A stretch of DNA of 64,000 bases from Deltaproteobacteria bacterium. Lineage in GTDB: Bacteria; Myxococcota_A; Polyangia; Polyangiales; Houyiibacteriaceae. This document shows, in pieces, positions 30,666 through 40,110 of the stretch (its first letter is position 1; the number at the start of each line of letters is the position of its first letter). The DNA is taken from contig JAXMNT010000008.1 of the NCBI GenBank assembly GCA_034670305.1, positions 27,798 to 91,797 of the forward strand, read 5' to 3'. The notes below the pieces were generated by a model. It made no database searches. It was given only the letters and a program-made list of their open reading frames with translations, and was not told the DNA's origin. The translations under genes were made by a program, and so were the position numbers.

Positions 30666-31538
30666 ATGACCACCGACAACCCGACGACTTGGGTCGAACC
30701 CCTCTGCCGATTCCTCGAAGCAGAAGTCCGCCGTGGCGCACCCATTCCAACCCTCGACGCGCTCGCCGAACGCGTGTCGCTGAGCAAGTTTCATCTGCAA
30801 CGCACCTTCAAGGCCGTGACCGGCGTGAGCCCCCGGACCTACGCCAAGTCGATTCGCGTGCGCCACGCACGCACCGAACTCGAGCGGGCACCCTCGGTGA
30901 CCCGAGCGGTGGTGGACGGAGGCTTCCAGTCGACGTCGCGCTTCCACGAGGAGGTCGTCGCCACGCTGGGCATGACGCCGACCCGGTTCCGAGAACGCGG
31001 TGCCGGGCTGACGATCCGGTTCGCCGTCGGACAGTCTGTTTTGGGCGCGCTCTTGGTGGCGGGCACCGAACGCGGCATCTGCAGCATCGCCCTCGGTCAA
31101 GACGCCGAGGCTCTGGTCCACGAGCTCGACCGAGAGTTCTCCAACGCACACCTCGTGGGGAACGATGGGACGTTCGAGCGGTGGGTCGCTCAGGTGGCAG
31201 GCCTCGTTCACGAACCGCGGCCGGCCCTCGACCTGCCGCTGGACATCCGAGGCACAGCGTTCCAGCGGCGGGTGTGGACCGCCCTGCGCGCCATCGCGCC
31301 GGGCACCACGCTGACCTATGCCGAAGTCGCGAAACAGATCGGGCATCCCATGGCAGCGCGTGCCGTCGCGTCCGCCTGCGCCGCGAACCGGCTCGCGCTC
31401 GTGATTCCCTGTCATCGCGTGGTGCGGCGCGACCGCGCCCTCACCGGGTACCGATGGGGCATCGAACGCAAACGCGCATTGCTTCAGTACGAGGCCAACT
31501 TCTTGGTCCAAGAGGGCCCCGCCGTATGTCGCAGCTGA
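30666..31538 (+). CDS. ada: Ada-like bifunctional protein: AraC-type HTH fused to O6-alkylguanine-DNA alkyltransferase (no N-terminal Zn domain)
   Basis: ATG verified at 30666 (last 290 codons of track ORF 27945..31538). LSKFHLQRTFKAVTGVSPRTY (AraC HTH). Active site IPCHRVV. Confidence 0.9.
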   Translation: MTTDNPTTWVEPLCRFLEAEVRRGAPIPTLDALAERVSLSKFHLQRTFKAVTGVSPRTYAKSIRVRHARTELERAPSVTRAVVDGGFQSTSRFHEEVVATLGMTPTRFRERGAGLTIRFAVGQSVLGALLVAGTERGICSIALGQDAEALVHELDREFSNAHLVGNDGTFERWVAQVAGLVHEPRPALDLPLDIRGTAFQRRVWTALRAIAPGTTLTYAEVAKQIGHPMAARAVASACAANRLALVIPCHRVVRRDRALTGYRWGIERKRALLQYEANFLVQEGPAVCRS

Positions 31539-32173
31539 CGTTCGAACTCGGCGGGCGCGACACCCGCATCGAGTTGGGCGAAGGCGCCGCCGTTCTCGGC
31601 GGGTTTGCGCGCGCCCAGGCGGCTTCGCTGCTTGAGGCCATCGAAGGCGTCGCGGCGCGGGCGGCCTTCCGGCACCTCGTCACGCCCGGCGGCCAACCGA
31701 TGTCGGTGGCGATGACCAACTGCGGCACCCAGGGCTGGACCTCCAGCCCCGCCGGCTACCGGTACACGGCACACGACCCCGACACCGGTCTTGCCTGGCC
31801 CGCGATGCCCAGCCGCTTCGCGTCCCTTGCCGCCGAGGCCGCCGCCGAGCTGGGGTTCGACGGGTACGAACCCGATGCGTGTCTCATCAACCGATACGCC
31901 GTGGGCGCGCGTCTCACTGCGCACCGCGACAACGACGAAGCCGATGCGCGCGCTCCGATCGTCTCGGTGTCGCTCGGACTGCCCGCGACGTTCTTCTTCG
32001 GCGGGCGGTCCAGAAGCGAACCGACCACGAAGGTCCGGCTGGAGCATGGCGACGTGGTCGTCTGGGGTGGCGCGTCCCGCTTGAACTACCACGGTGTGCT
32101 GCCCATCCGAGACGGATGGCACTCGGACACCGGCGCGCACCGATACAACCTCACGTTCCGACGAACCCGCTGA
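31526..32173 (+). CDS. alkB: Alpha-ketoglutarate/Fe(II)-dependent dioxygenase AlkB
   Basis: ATG verified at 31526, overlapping the ada end by 13 nt. LINRYAVGARLTAHRDNDE (HxD), NYHGVLP, YNLTFRR. Confidence 0.9.
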   Translation: MSQLTFELGGRDTRIELGEGAAVLGGFARAQAASLLEAIEGVAARAAFRHLVTPGGQPMSVAMTNCGTQGWTSSPAGYRYTAHDPDTGLAWPAMPSRFASLAAEAAAELGFDGYEPDACLINRYAVGARLTAHRDNDEADARAPIVSVSLGLPATFFFGGRSRSEPTTKVRLEHGDVVVWGGASRLNYHGVLPIRDGWHSDTGAHRYNLTFRRTR

Positions 32174-32208
32174 GTGCGCTCGGGTGCGCGGGACCATCGA
32201 GGGGACTC

Positions 32209-33522
32209 GTGCTAGCGCATCGGGTGCACGAACCGCCCTCCTCCGCTGAGCTTCGATCCTCCAAGGGCGCCAACCGCCTGACCCAGCCAGCGCTCGGGCC
32301 CGCCCGCGGATTCTTCGCACCCGGCTACGAACCGGTCGCGCGCTGTTTCGCAGGCCTGTTGGAGCGCGAAGAGATCGGGGCCGGCGTGTCGATCTATGTG
32401 CGTGGCGAACACGTCGTCGACCTGCACGGGGGCCTGGCCGACGTGAAACAAGAGCGACCCTGGCAGAAGGACACACGCATCGTCGTGTTCTCCGCGACGA
32501 AGGGACTGATGGCGATGGCCACCCACCTGCTGGCAGATCGAGGTCAGCTCGAGTGGGACGCGCCGGTGGCCGAGTACTGGCCGGAGTTCGCGGCGAACGG
32601 CAAAGCGGGCATCACCGTCCGCACGCTGCTGAACCACCGCGCCGGGCTGCCCTACCTCGACACGCCGCTTCGACTCGACGACTTCTTGGCACCGACGCAC
32701 CCCGCGCACGTCTGCGCTGCCCTCGAATCGCAGCGGACCGCATGGACCCCGGGCACCGATCAGGGCTACCACGCGACGACCTACGGCATGTACGCGCGGG
32801 AGCTCTTCGCCCGGATCGCCAAAGAACCGGTGGGCCCGTTCCTGCGGCGCGAGCTGCTCGAACCGCTCGGCTCCGATGCGTTCATGGGCACGCCCGCGTC
32901 CGAAGACTCGAAGTTCGCCACCCTCTACAACCCCTCTCTCGGCGCGCGGCTGCGGAAGATGTTGGCCACCGCAATCACCGATCCGGACTCGAACGAGATC
33001 CGCATCCTCAAGGGCACGTTGAAACGGAACTCGATCGGTCAGAAGGCGTATCGCAACCCGAAAACCAAAGGCGGCGTCTTCGCGTACAACGCGCTTCCGG
33101 CTCGCCGGGCCGCGCTGGCGTGGGCATCGGCGACGGCGAGCGCGGACGGCCTGGCGCGCGCGTACCTTCCGTTCGCGGGCGACGGATCGGTGGATGGCCG
33201 ACGATACTTCGCCGCCGAGAGCCTCGAGCCGATCCACCGACGCCAGGGATGGTCCGAGTGCGACCGGGTGCTGCACAAGCCGCAGGGTTGGTCGCAGGGG
33301 TTCCTGAAAGAGCAGCGCAAGTACTTCAGCCCGAACCCGGAGTCGTTCGGACACGCCGGTCTCGGCGGCGCGCTCGGCTGGTGCGATCCAATCGAAGGGG
33401 TCGCGTTCGGCTACGTCCTCAACAACCTCGACTGGCGGGTGCGGAGCGGCCGAGCCGTCGCGCTGTGCCATGCGCTGTACGAGTGTGCCCCCTTGTTCGG
33501 CAGCGCCCGCGCGGCCGAGTAG
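32209..33522 (+). CDS. Serine hydrolase, beta-lactamase/esterase (class C-like) family
   Basis: SxxK in VVFSATKGLMAMATHLL. No ATG is available, so GTG 32209 or 32224 is the start. The 5' 110 codons of the track ORF overlap alkB and were rejected. Confidence 0.8.
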   Translation: MLAHRVHEPPSSAELRSSKGANRLTQPALGPARGFFAPGYEPVARCFAGLLEREEIGAGVSIYVRGEHVVDLHGGLADVKQERPWQKDTRIVVFSATKGLMAMATHLLADRGQLEWDAPVAEYWPEFAANGKAGITVRTLLNHRAGLPYLDTPLRLDDFLAPTHPAHVCAALESQRTAWTPGTDQGYHATTYGMYARELFARIAKEPVGPFLRRELLEPLGSDAFMGTPASEDSKFATLYNPSLGARLRKMLATAITDPDSNEIRILKGTLKRNSIGQKAYRNPKTKGGVFAYNALPARRAALAWASATASADGLARAYLPFAGDGSVDGRRYFAAESLEPIHRRQGWSECDRVLHKPQGWSQGFLKEQRKYFSPNPESFGHAGLGGALGWCDPIEGVAFGYVLNNLDWRVRSGRAVALCHALYECAPLFGSARAAE

Positions 33523-33531
33523 CGGCTCTCC

Positions 33532-34116
33532 GTGGTCCAACGATCCCTACCCGTCGTCTTGAAGGCCGCACGGGCTTGCACCGTATGCGCACCCCACCTG
33601 CCCCACGGACCCAGACCGGTGTTGACCGCAGGCACGGGCGCGCGGGTCCTGATCATCGGCCAGGCCCCAGGAAGCAAGGTGCACGCGAGCGGCATCCCGT
33701 GGGACGACGTCAGCGGCCAGAGACTCCGCACGTGGCTCGGTGTCGAGTCCGATGTCTTCTACGATCCTGAGCAAGTGTCGCTGCTCCCGATGGGGTTCTG
33801 TTTTCCAGGCATGGGCAAGAGCGGAGACCTTCCTCCCCGACCCGAGTGCGAGCCGAAGTGGCACCCCGAGTTGCTCGCGGCGATGCCCCACATTCGCCTG
33901 ACCCTCTTGCTCGGCATGTACGCACAAGGGCGCTACCTGGAACGCTCGGGCACGGTCACCGAGAACGTGGCCGACTGGAAGAAGCAGCTCCGGAAGAACC
34001 AACTCGCGCTCCCGCACCCTTCCCCGCGCAGCCGCTGGGTCCGACAGAACCCGTGGTTCGAAACGGATGTGCTGCCGCGACTTCGACGTCGCATCCAGCG
34101 GGCCCTCGCGCGCTGA
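33532..34116 (+). CDS. Uracil-DNA glycosylase superfamily protein (family 4/5-like)
   Basis: Motif A VLIIGQAPG and motif B-like LPHPSPRS. GTG start. Confidence 0.8.
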   Translation: MVQRSLPVVLKAARACTVCAPHLPHGPRPVLTAGTGARVLIIGQAPGSKVHASGIPWDDVSGQRLRTWLGVESDVFYDPEQVSLLPMGFCFPGMGKSGDLPPRPECEPKWHPELLAAMPHIRLTLLLGMYAQGRYLERSGTVTENVADWKKQLRKNQLALPHPSPRSRWVRQNPWFETDVLPRLRRRIQRALAR

Positions 34117-34126
34117 GGGAACGGGC

Positions 34127-35239
34127 TCAGGACTCCGGAACCGTCTGGACCTCCGCGTTCGGGAACGCTGCGCGCCGCTCACCCGCCGCACCCTGCATGG
34201 GCGTCAGCGCGAAGAGTGGGATGCCCGCCACATCGTCCAACGAGATGCGACGCACCTGCGGCAGAGGCGGCCCCGCCACCCGCGCGATGCCATCAAAGAC
34301 GAGGTGGGTCAGGTTCGGGAACGCATGAAGAGGCGCGGTGTCCAGCTGGGCCGGTGCGGTGGGACCGGCTTGTCGCTCCAGCCGAGACCAGGGCACCGGT
34401 TCCAGCAAGTCGATGCGTAGGACGTCGACCGTCGCGCGCAGCGCTGCATGCCGGGACGACCGACTCAGTGCACATCGGCCGATGGCCTCGAGCGTTCGAT
34501 CGCCCTTTGGGGTGTTCGCGAAATGAAGTCTGCGTTGCTCGTATCGAGGTTCTCCGGTGCAAGCCAGGAGCACGTCCGGGTCGAGCTGACGCACCAGCTC
34601 CAAGCCTTGGCGACGGCGTTCCGCCTCGGGGGAATCCAGCAGACGAAACACGCTGTGCAGCCGGCGACGGTCCGGCTCGGACACGTTCGCACCGACCGCG
34701 TGCAGACGGAGGTCGCGCCTGTAGGTCCAGCGACCGATGTCCGTGTCGACCGAGGCCCCCTCGACCAGCGATGTGACGGTCCCATCGGGTGCGACGTGTC
34801 GATGCGCGCCGTGCTCGGCGAAATGGTCTCCGAGGCTGGGCCAGGACAACGGCTCCGTGAAGTCGCTGCGGTACCACTGCAACCGCCGCCCGAGCGGCAC
34901 CTGTCGGTGAGGCGCGCTCGGAGAACAAAGCCACGCAAGTGGGGGACCGTCGTCGAACACCAGGTGCGCGGCGCCCATGTCGAGTTGGTCTCCCGCTGCG
35001 AGTGGCTGGTCCCCATCGATGCGCGATCCATTGAGGATCGTCCCGTTGGTGCTGCGCTCATCGTGCACGAAGAACCGACCGTCGCGCTCGTAGATGCGCG
35101 CGTGCCGCCGCGCGATGGACCCCGACGGCAGCCGGACGCTCATCCGCCCCGCCCGACCCAAACCCACCTCTCCGTGCACGATGGGATGCACCCAGCAACA
35201 CCCCGGGAGGTAGACGAAGACATGAGGCGACCGAACCAT
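34127..35239 (-). CDS. FHA-domain protein with a 270-aa uncharacterised C-terminal region
   Basis: VGLGRAGRMSVRLPSGSIARRHARIYERDGRFFVHDERSTNGTILNG...GDQLDMGAAHLVF is a canonical FHA pattern. Confidence 0.85.
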   Translation of the reverse strand: MVRSPHVFVYLPGCCWVHPIVHGEVGLGRAGRMSVRLPSGSIARRHARIYERDGRFFVHDERSTNGTILNGSRIDGDQPLAAGDQLDMGAAHLVFDDGPPLAWLCSPSAPHRQVPLGRRLQWYRSDFTEPLSWPSLGDHFAEHGAHRHVAPDGTVTSLVEGASVDTDIGRWTYRRDLRLHAVGANVSEPDRRRLHSVFRLLDSPEAERRRQGLELVRQLDPDVLLACTGEPRYEQRRLHFANTPKGDRTLEAIGRCALSRSSRHAALRATVDVLRIDLLEPVPWSRLERQAGPTAPAQLDTAPLHAFPNLTHLVFDGIARVAGPPLPQVRRISLDDVAGIPLFALTPMQGAAGERRAAFPNAEVQTVPES

Positions 35240-35281
35240 GGTCTCCCTCAGGATGCCACGTCGCCTGCGAGAACACGCGCA

Positions 35282-35830
35282 TCAGAACACAGGCGCCCGG
35301 TCGACGGACCGCCACCCGCGTTTCTCCACCGAACGCACGGAGCCGACGGAACCAAGCTCGTCCAAGTACGCCGCGAGGGCGCGCAACTCCTCGTCCGTCG
35401 CGTCCCCTTCGAAGGGCGTGACCCGCACGAGGTTGCCGTAGCTCCTCGACCATTTCGCGGGCGTGTCGTCCACCGCGAGGATGTGCGTCTTCTCGAACCC
35501 GAACCGCCGCAACTTGGCGATGGGTTTGCGCCGAACGAACCCGCCGGGTTCGTACCCCGACCAGTCTCTGGACAGGGTGCAGCGACGCGCATCGAAGACG
35601 AACCGGAGGCGGTCGCGCGGAACGATGCGCCCGACGATCTGTTGTGCGTAGCCCGGCGAAGACGAGGTCCACACGCCCACGGTGAACCGGTCAAACGCGA
35701 ACTTCAGGAACTCAGACAGAAACGGACGGAGGTACACGTGGTACCCGGCGGCGCGAAAGTCCGGGGCGCGTTCGAGCGGTTCGTCCGCCGCGTGAAGCAG
35801 TGTCTCGTCCAGGTCGAGCACCAGCAGCAT
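35282..35830 (-). CDS. HAD-superfamily phosphatase of the FCP1/NIF (CTD-phosphatase-like) type
   Basis: [14 protein letters not shown] carries the DxDxT motif. [39 protein letters not shown] verified at 35828-35830; 35878 is an alternative start. Confidence 0.8.
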   Translation of the reverse strand: MLLVLDLDETLLHAADEPLERAPDFRAAGYHVYLRPFLSEFLKFAFDRFTVGVWTSSSPGYAQQIVGRIVPRDRLRFVFDARRCTLSRDWSGYEPGGFVRRKPIAKLRRFGFEKTHILAVDDTPAKWSRSYGNLVRVTPFEGDATDEELRALAAYLDELGSVGSVRSVEKRGWRSVDRAPVF

Positions 35831-35890
35831 GGGATGGCGTGGCACGACGCACGATGGGCACGTCGGCGCGCAAGGCAAGGGTCCGCTTTT

Positions 35891-36127
35891 TCGGCTTCGG
35901 CTTCGGCATCGGCATCGGCATCGGCATCGGCATCGCCTTCAGCATCGGCTTCGGCGTCGGCATCGGCTTCAGCATCGGCTTCAGCATCGGCTTCAGCATC
36001 GGCATCGGCATCGGCTTCAGCATCGGCATCGGCATCGGCATCGGCATCGGCTTCGGCATCGGCTTCAGCATCGGCATCGGCATCGGCATCGGCATCGGCA
36101 TCGGAATCGGCGTCGGCTTTCGGATTC
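35891..36127. repeat. TCGG-core hexamer array (CGGCAT/CGGCTT, with CTTCAG variants)
   Basis: Lies between the stop of the membrane-protein gene (36158) and the phosphatase start. Confidence 0.95.
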
Positions 36128-36157
36128 AGCGCCGGTGCAGGCAACGACACAATCCTG

Positions 36158-36607
36158 CTACCGCCGGCTCTCAGCCTTCCTCGTCCCGGACCAAGTGAAC
36201 ACCAGTGGCAGGCCCGTGCCGATGAGGGCGGGGAGGTTGATGAGCAGGACGTTGAACACGGCGCCGTGCATCAGCGAGACCGTGCTGTCGATGCAGAACC
36301 AGGCGAGCAGCGAAGCGGTCAGCGCGACGTGGGCCCAGCGCTCGCGCTTTCGGAACGGGCCGAGCACGATCGCGAGCTGCAGCACGTAGCTGCCCGCGAT
36401 GGTGCCACCGAGCGGACCGAGCAAGAACGTCTTCAGGTGCGCGGCCTCCGCTGGCACCTCTCCAGCGAAGAACACTTCCGCCAGCGCGGCGTTCCAGTGC
36501 GCGAAGAAGAAGCTCTCGGGTGCAAGGGCCACGAGCACCCCCACCAGACCGAACACCACGCTGACCACGAGCAACCAGCGGTACCAGAACTCGAACCCCA
36601 GCTTCAT
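36158..36607 (-). CDS. Small 4-TM membrane protein
   Basis: ATG verified at 36605-36607 ([30 protein letters not shown]...). Confidence 0.6.
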   Translation of the reverse strand: MKLGFEFWYRWLLVVSVVFGLVGVLVALAPESFFFAHWNAALAEVFFAGEVPAEAAHLKTFLLGPLGGTIAGSYVLQLAIVLGPFRKRERWAHVALTASLLAWFCIDSTVSLMHGAVFNVLLINLPALIGTGLPLVFTWSGTRKAESRR

Positions 36608-36663
36608 GTACCCCCCAGTCCTCAACCCCGATTCAAGGGCTGGTCGAGAGCGCGGTCAACCGA

Positions 36664-39600
36664 TCACAAGAGTGCGGCGAACTCGCGGCCGAACTCGAGG
36701 GGCGTGGGCCGGTCTTTCCAGTTCACATTCGTGGCGGACCGCATGAGCTTGACCAACGCCGCCGGGTAGTCCGCGAACCGAGAGTCGTCTTCCATCGGGT
36801 CGCGTTTCATGTGCGCGAGAATGCGTTCCCGCTTGTCGCTGATCTCATCGAAGAACGTACGCCCGGTCGTGACGTTGTAGATCGTGCCCGCCAGCGCGTA
36901 GACGTCCGCGCGCCCATCGAGTTCGACAGGATCGAGCACCTGCTCCGGCGCAATGTAGCCCGGCGTGCCCGCCACGAAACGGCCGCCGACTTCCGCGGAG
37001 ACCGTTTGCGCCCGCACCATGCCGAAGTCGATCAACACGGTCGCGAGCGGCGTCGCGAGCGCCGGGTCCCGGTGTTTGGCTCCGTCGAACCGCACGCCAC
37101 CGCTGAGGGGCAGACGCAACCAGAGGTTGGCCGGTTTGATGTCCCGATGTACCAGGCCCGCGTTGTGCAGCGCGGTGAGCCCCGCGCAGCTCTCGTGCAC
37201 GACCTTGCGCAGTTCGAACAGGGTCATGAGGCCCGCGGTCGAGTACTGCTTCAGATCGGCGCCGATCAGGTACTCGAGCACCAGGTACGGCATGTCTTCG
37301 ACCACGCCGCGGTCGATGATGTTCGCGACGTTCGGGTGGTAGAGGCCCGCGAGCGCTTTCGCTTCTTCGGTGAACGACGCGAGGATGCCTTCTCGTTCTG
37401 TGTCGCTCGCGCTCGCGAGCACATCGGCCTTCGGGATCTTCAACACGAAGTATCGGTCGGCACCGGGTTTGCGCACGAGCCAGACGCTGCCGATCCCGCC
37501 CTCGCCGAGCGCTTTGATGAGCTCGTAACCGACGATCATCTTCGGCTGCTTCTTCTTCTTCACCGGCGGCGGCGGCGGGGTGCGCTTCATCGCCGCACTC
37601 ACCGACGCTTCCACGAGCGCCGACGCCGTCGGCCCAAGCGAAGCGAACCAGACATCGAGCAGCGCCAGCTCGCGCGCCCGAATGGCCCGGGCGACCACCG
37701 AGGCCATGCGGGGCGCGTTGGCCGACACCTGCGTGTTCAACGAGTCGTCCGGCGGAGAGTCCGCCGCGGGATGCAGCGCGCGGACCGGATCGGCGAGCGC
37801 GTGCTGGAGGCGCTCGGCCGCCATGACCAGATCGAGGCACTGCGCTTCGAGGTCGGGCTTCTGACCAGCCGCACCAGCGAACCCTTCGAGCGCCTTCGCG
37901 AGTCCGCCCAGCGACTCGGCCAGCTCCGTCTCGCCGGCGAAGAGCAGGGCGAGGACACGCTCGGTCTCGGTGCCCCATGCGCCATCCTCGGCCGGGCCGT
38001 CGGCCGCGGTGCCGGAGAGCGCCGCCCTCAGCTCGTCTGCCAGCCCGCAGCAGGTCTCGAGCGCGCCGTCCGCGATCATCGGCAGCGCGGTCGCGAGCTG
38101 CTGGAGAATTGCCGGCCGGTCGATGACCAGTGCCCACCAAGCCGCGAACGGACCGAGCCACGCCACGTCGTCGACCTCACCGAGCGCCGTGCCGCGGGTG
38201 GTGTCGACCAGCCGCCAGAAGAGCGCACTCAGGGCGCTGCGAAGCGAGCCGGGCATGTCCCGCGTCCCATCGACCAGACCCTCGAGTTTGCGCAGCCACA
38301 GACAGGTGTCGTGCGCGACGCGTCCCGGTCCCGGTCCGAGTTCTTGACCCTGGCCGCACGCGTCGAGCGCGTAGCCACCGAGTTTGAGCGCAAGCACCTC
38401 GAGCGAATGTTCGAAGCTCTCGTCGTCGACGTCGTCGAGGCGCCGCTCGCGCACGATGTCGAGAAGTTCGGCCGGGGCTCGAGCCAACATCTCCCAGGTC
38501 TCTTCGAGGTTGGGTTCTGCGATGAAGTCGCCCTCGGGCCGGGTGGCGAGCATCGGCCCCCAGAGGCGCAGCGCCAGCGAGCGCGCGCACCCCTCGACCG
38601 CATTGATGGCAGCTGCCCGTTGCCGGTTCGACCCCTCGCCCAAGACGATGCGTTTCGCTTCCGCGAAGGTCGGCCCCAGCGTCCCGGCGAACCGCGCAGC
38701 CCGCGCATCGCCTTCTTCGTCGTCGTAGTGGGCGGCGAGCCGCACCAGGTTCTCGAGCCCGGTCTCGATGTCGAGGGGGTCGCGTTCCGCGGCGTCGAGC
38801 GGATCGGTGACCTGCAAGATCTCGAGCCACCGGCGCAAGTCGTCCACCTGGTCGGTCCGCGCGCGGCGGGCCATCAGACGAAGTCGGCCGAAGGGCGCCA
38901 CCAGCTGGCCGCGCGGCGCACCACGGCGCCAGAGCGTCGCGATGCCGCGGGCGAGGGCGCGCGCCGCCACGGCCCCACCGTCGCCGGTCATGATGCGTTC
39001 GGCGAGCGGATCCCAGATGTCGCGCCGCTCGTGAAAGAGGTACGGCGTGGCCGCGGCCGCAGCCGCCAGTCCCCAGGCCTCTTCCTGTGGGGCGTCGAGA
39101 ATGGACTCGAGTTCGTGCCCCAGGATCGCGAGCCGCATCGCGGGCAACGAACAGAAGGCGGTCATCGCGCGCTGCCGCAAGACGTGAGACGCCCCGTGCA
39201 CCCAGTCCAGGAGCGTGCCCTCGAGCGGTTCGAACACGCCCGCCAACCGGCCGAACGCACGCGCCGCATGGATCCAGACCATGGGCTCCGGATGCAAGAG
39301 CAACGGTTGGAGAACCTGGAGGGTGCGGCCGACCAAGTGCGGGTCGGTCATGTGCGACATGCCGCACGCAGTCGTCTCGAGGGAGCGGGCTGCGAGCACG
39401 CGCCCTCGCAGGGAACCCCGCGCCGGCCCTGCGATCACTGCCTCGAAGGTGGCTTCCGAGTTCCAGATCCACTTGCCGAGCACCGGCAACTCGAGCGCGC
39501 GGGCACCCGCTTCCCAGATGAGGATCTCCATGCGCGCCCGGGCTTCGAAGTTCTCCGCCGCGCGGAACTCGTCGGCACCTCCAAGCAACGGCACACACGC

Positions 39601-39975
39601 CAGCGCATCCTGAAGCGGACCGCACACGACGCGACTGCGCGCACCGAGGCGTGCGTGGTCGCGGCGCGTCTCGAGGCTGAGGGCGGCAGAGAGGAGCGGG
39701 GCAAGAACGGCGTCCTCGCGGCCAGCGCTCGCATCGCACCAGATGAGGACCACATCGCCCAGTTTGTCTTCGAGCAATGCCTTGAGGTCGGCGGGCTTGG
39801 CCTCCGAAGTCCACGCGAAGAGCCCATCGTCCACGACGCGCGCGGCGGCCTTCACCCCGTCCGGCAGCTCTTTCTGGAAGCCGCGCCAGGTTTCGTAGAG
39901 CCCTCCGGCGAGCGCGGGTTTGGCCGCAAGCGCCTCGGAGAGCGTGGTCAGGGCCTCTCGAACGGTCTCATCCAT
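36664..39975 (-). CDS. Ser/Thr protein kinase with the kinase domain at the extreme C-terminus, behind about 800 aa of helical sequence
   Basis: ATG verified at 39973-39975. GEGGIGSVWLV...FVLKIP, HRDIKPANLW, DFG, APE. Confidence 0.9.
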   Translation of the reverse strand: MDETVREALTTLSEALAAKPALAGGLYETWRGFQKELPDGVKAAARVVDDGLFAWTSEAKPADLKALLEDKLGDVVLIWCDASAGREDAVLAPLLSAALSLETRRDHARLGARSRVVCGPLQDALACVPLLGGADEFRAAENFEARARMEILIWEAGARALELPVLGKWIWNSEATFEAVIAGPARGSLRGRVLAARSLETTACGMSHMTDPHLVGRTLQVLQPLLLHPEPMVWIHAARAFGRLAGVFEPLEGTLLDWVHGASHVLRQRAMTAFCSLPAMRLAILGHELESILDAPQEEAWGLAAAAAATPYLFHERRDIWDPLAERIMTGDGGAVAARALARGIATLWRRGAPRGQLVAPFGRLRLMARRARTDQVDDLRRWLEILQVTDPLDAAERDPLDIETGLENLVRLAAHYDDEEGDARAARFAGTLGPTFAEAKRIVLGEGSNRQRAAAINAVEGCARSLALRLWGPMLATRPEGDFIAEPNLEETWEMLARAPAELLDIVRERRLDDVDDESFEHSLEVLALKLGGYALDACGQGQELGPGPGRVAHDTCLWLRKLEGLVDGTRDMPGSLRSALSALFWRLVDTTRGTALGEVDDVAWLGPFAAWWALVIDRPAILQQLATALPMIADGALETCCGLADELRAALSGTAADGPAEDGAWGTETERVLALLFAGETELAESLGGLAKALEGFAGAAGQKPDLEAQCLDLVMAAERLQHALADPVRALHPAADSPPDDSLNTQVSANAPRMASVVARAIRARELALLDVWFASLGPTASALVEASVSAAMKRTPPPPPVKKKKQPKMIVGYELIKALGEGGIGSVWLVRKPGADRYFVLKIPKADVLASASDTEREGILASFTEEAKALAGLYHPNVANIIDRGVVEDMPYLVLEYLIGADLKQYSTAGLMTLFELRKVVHESCAGLTALHNAGLVHRDIKPANLWLRLPLSGGVRFDGAKHRDPALATPLATVLIDFGMVRAQTVSAEVGGRFVAGTPGYIAPEQVLDPVELDGRADVYALAGTIYNVTTGRTFFDEISDKRERILAHMKRDPMEDDSRFADYPAALVKLMRSATNVNWKDRPTPLEFGREFAALL

Positions 39976-40110
39976 GGACCGGCCGATCGTACACGCTCCG
40001 CGGCCGGTCCGGGAGTTCCTGGTGCGCACTGCCTGGTGCTGCTTGGTTCGGCGCACTCTTGGCGCTCGGCACGTTGGGTTTGCGAGCCTTCACGCCGAGA
40101 GTTGGGGCGC

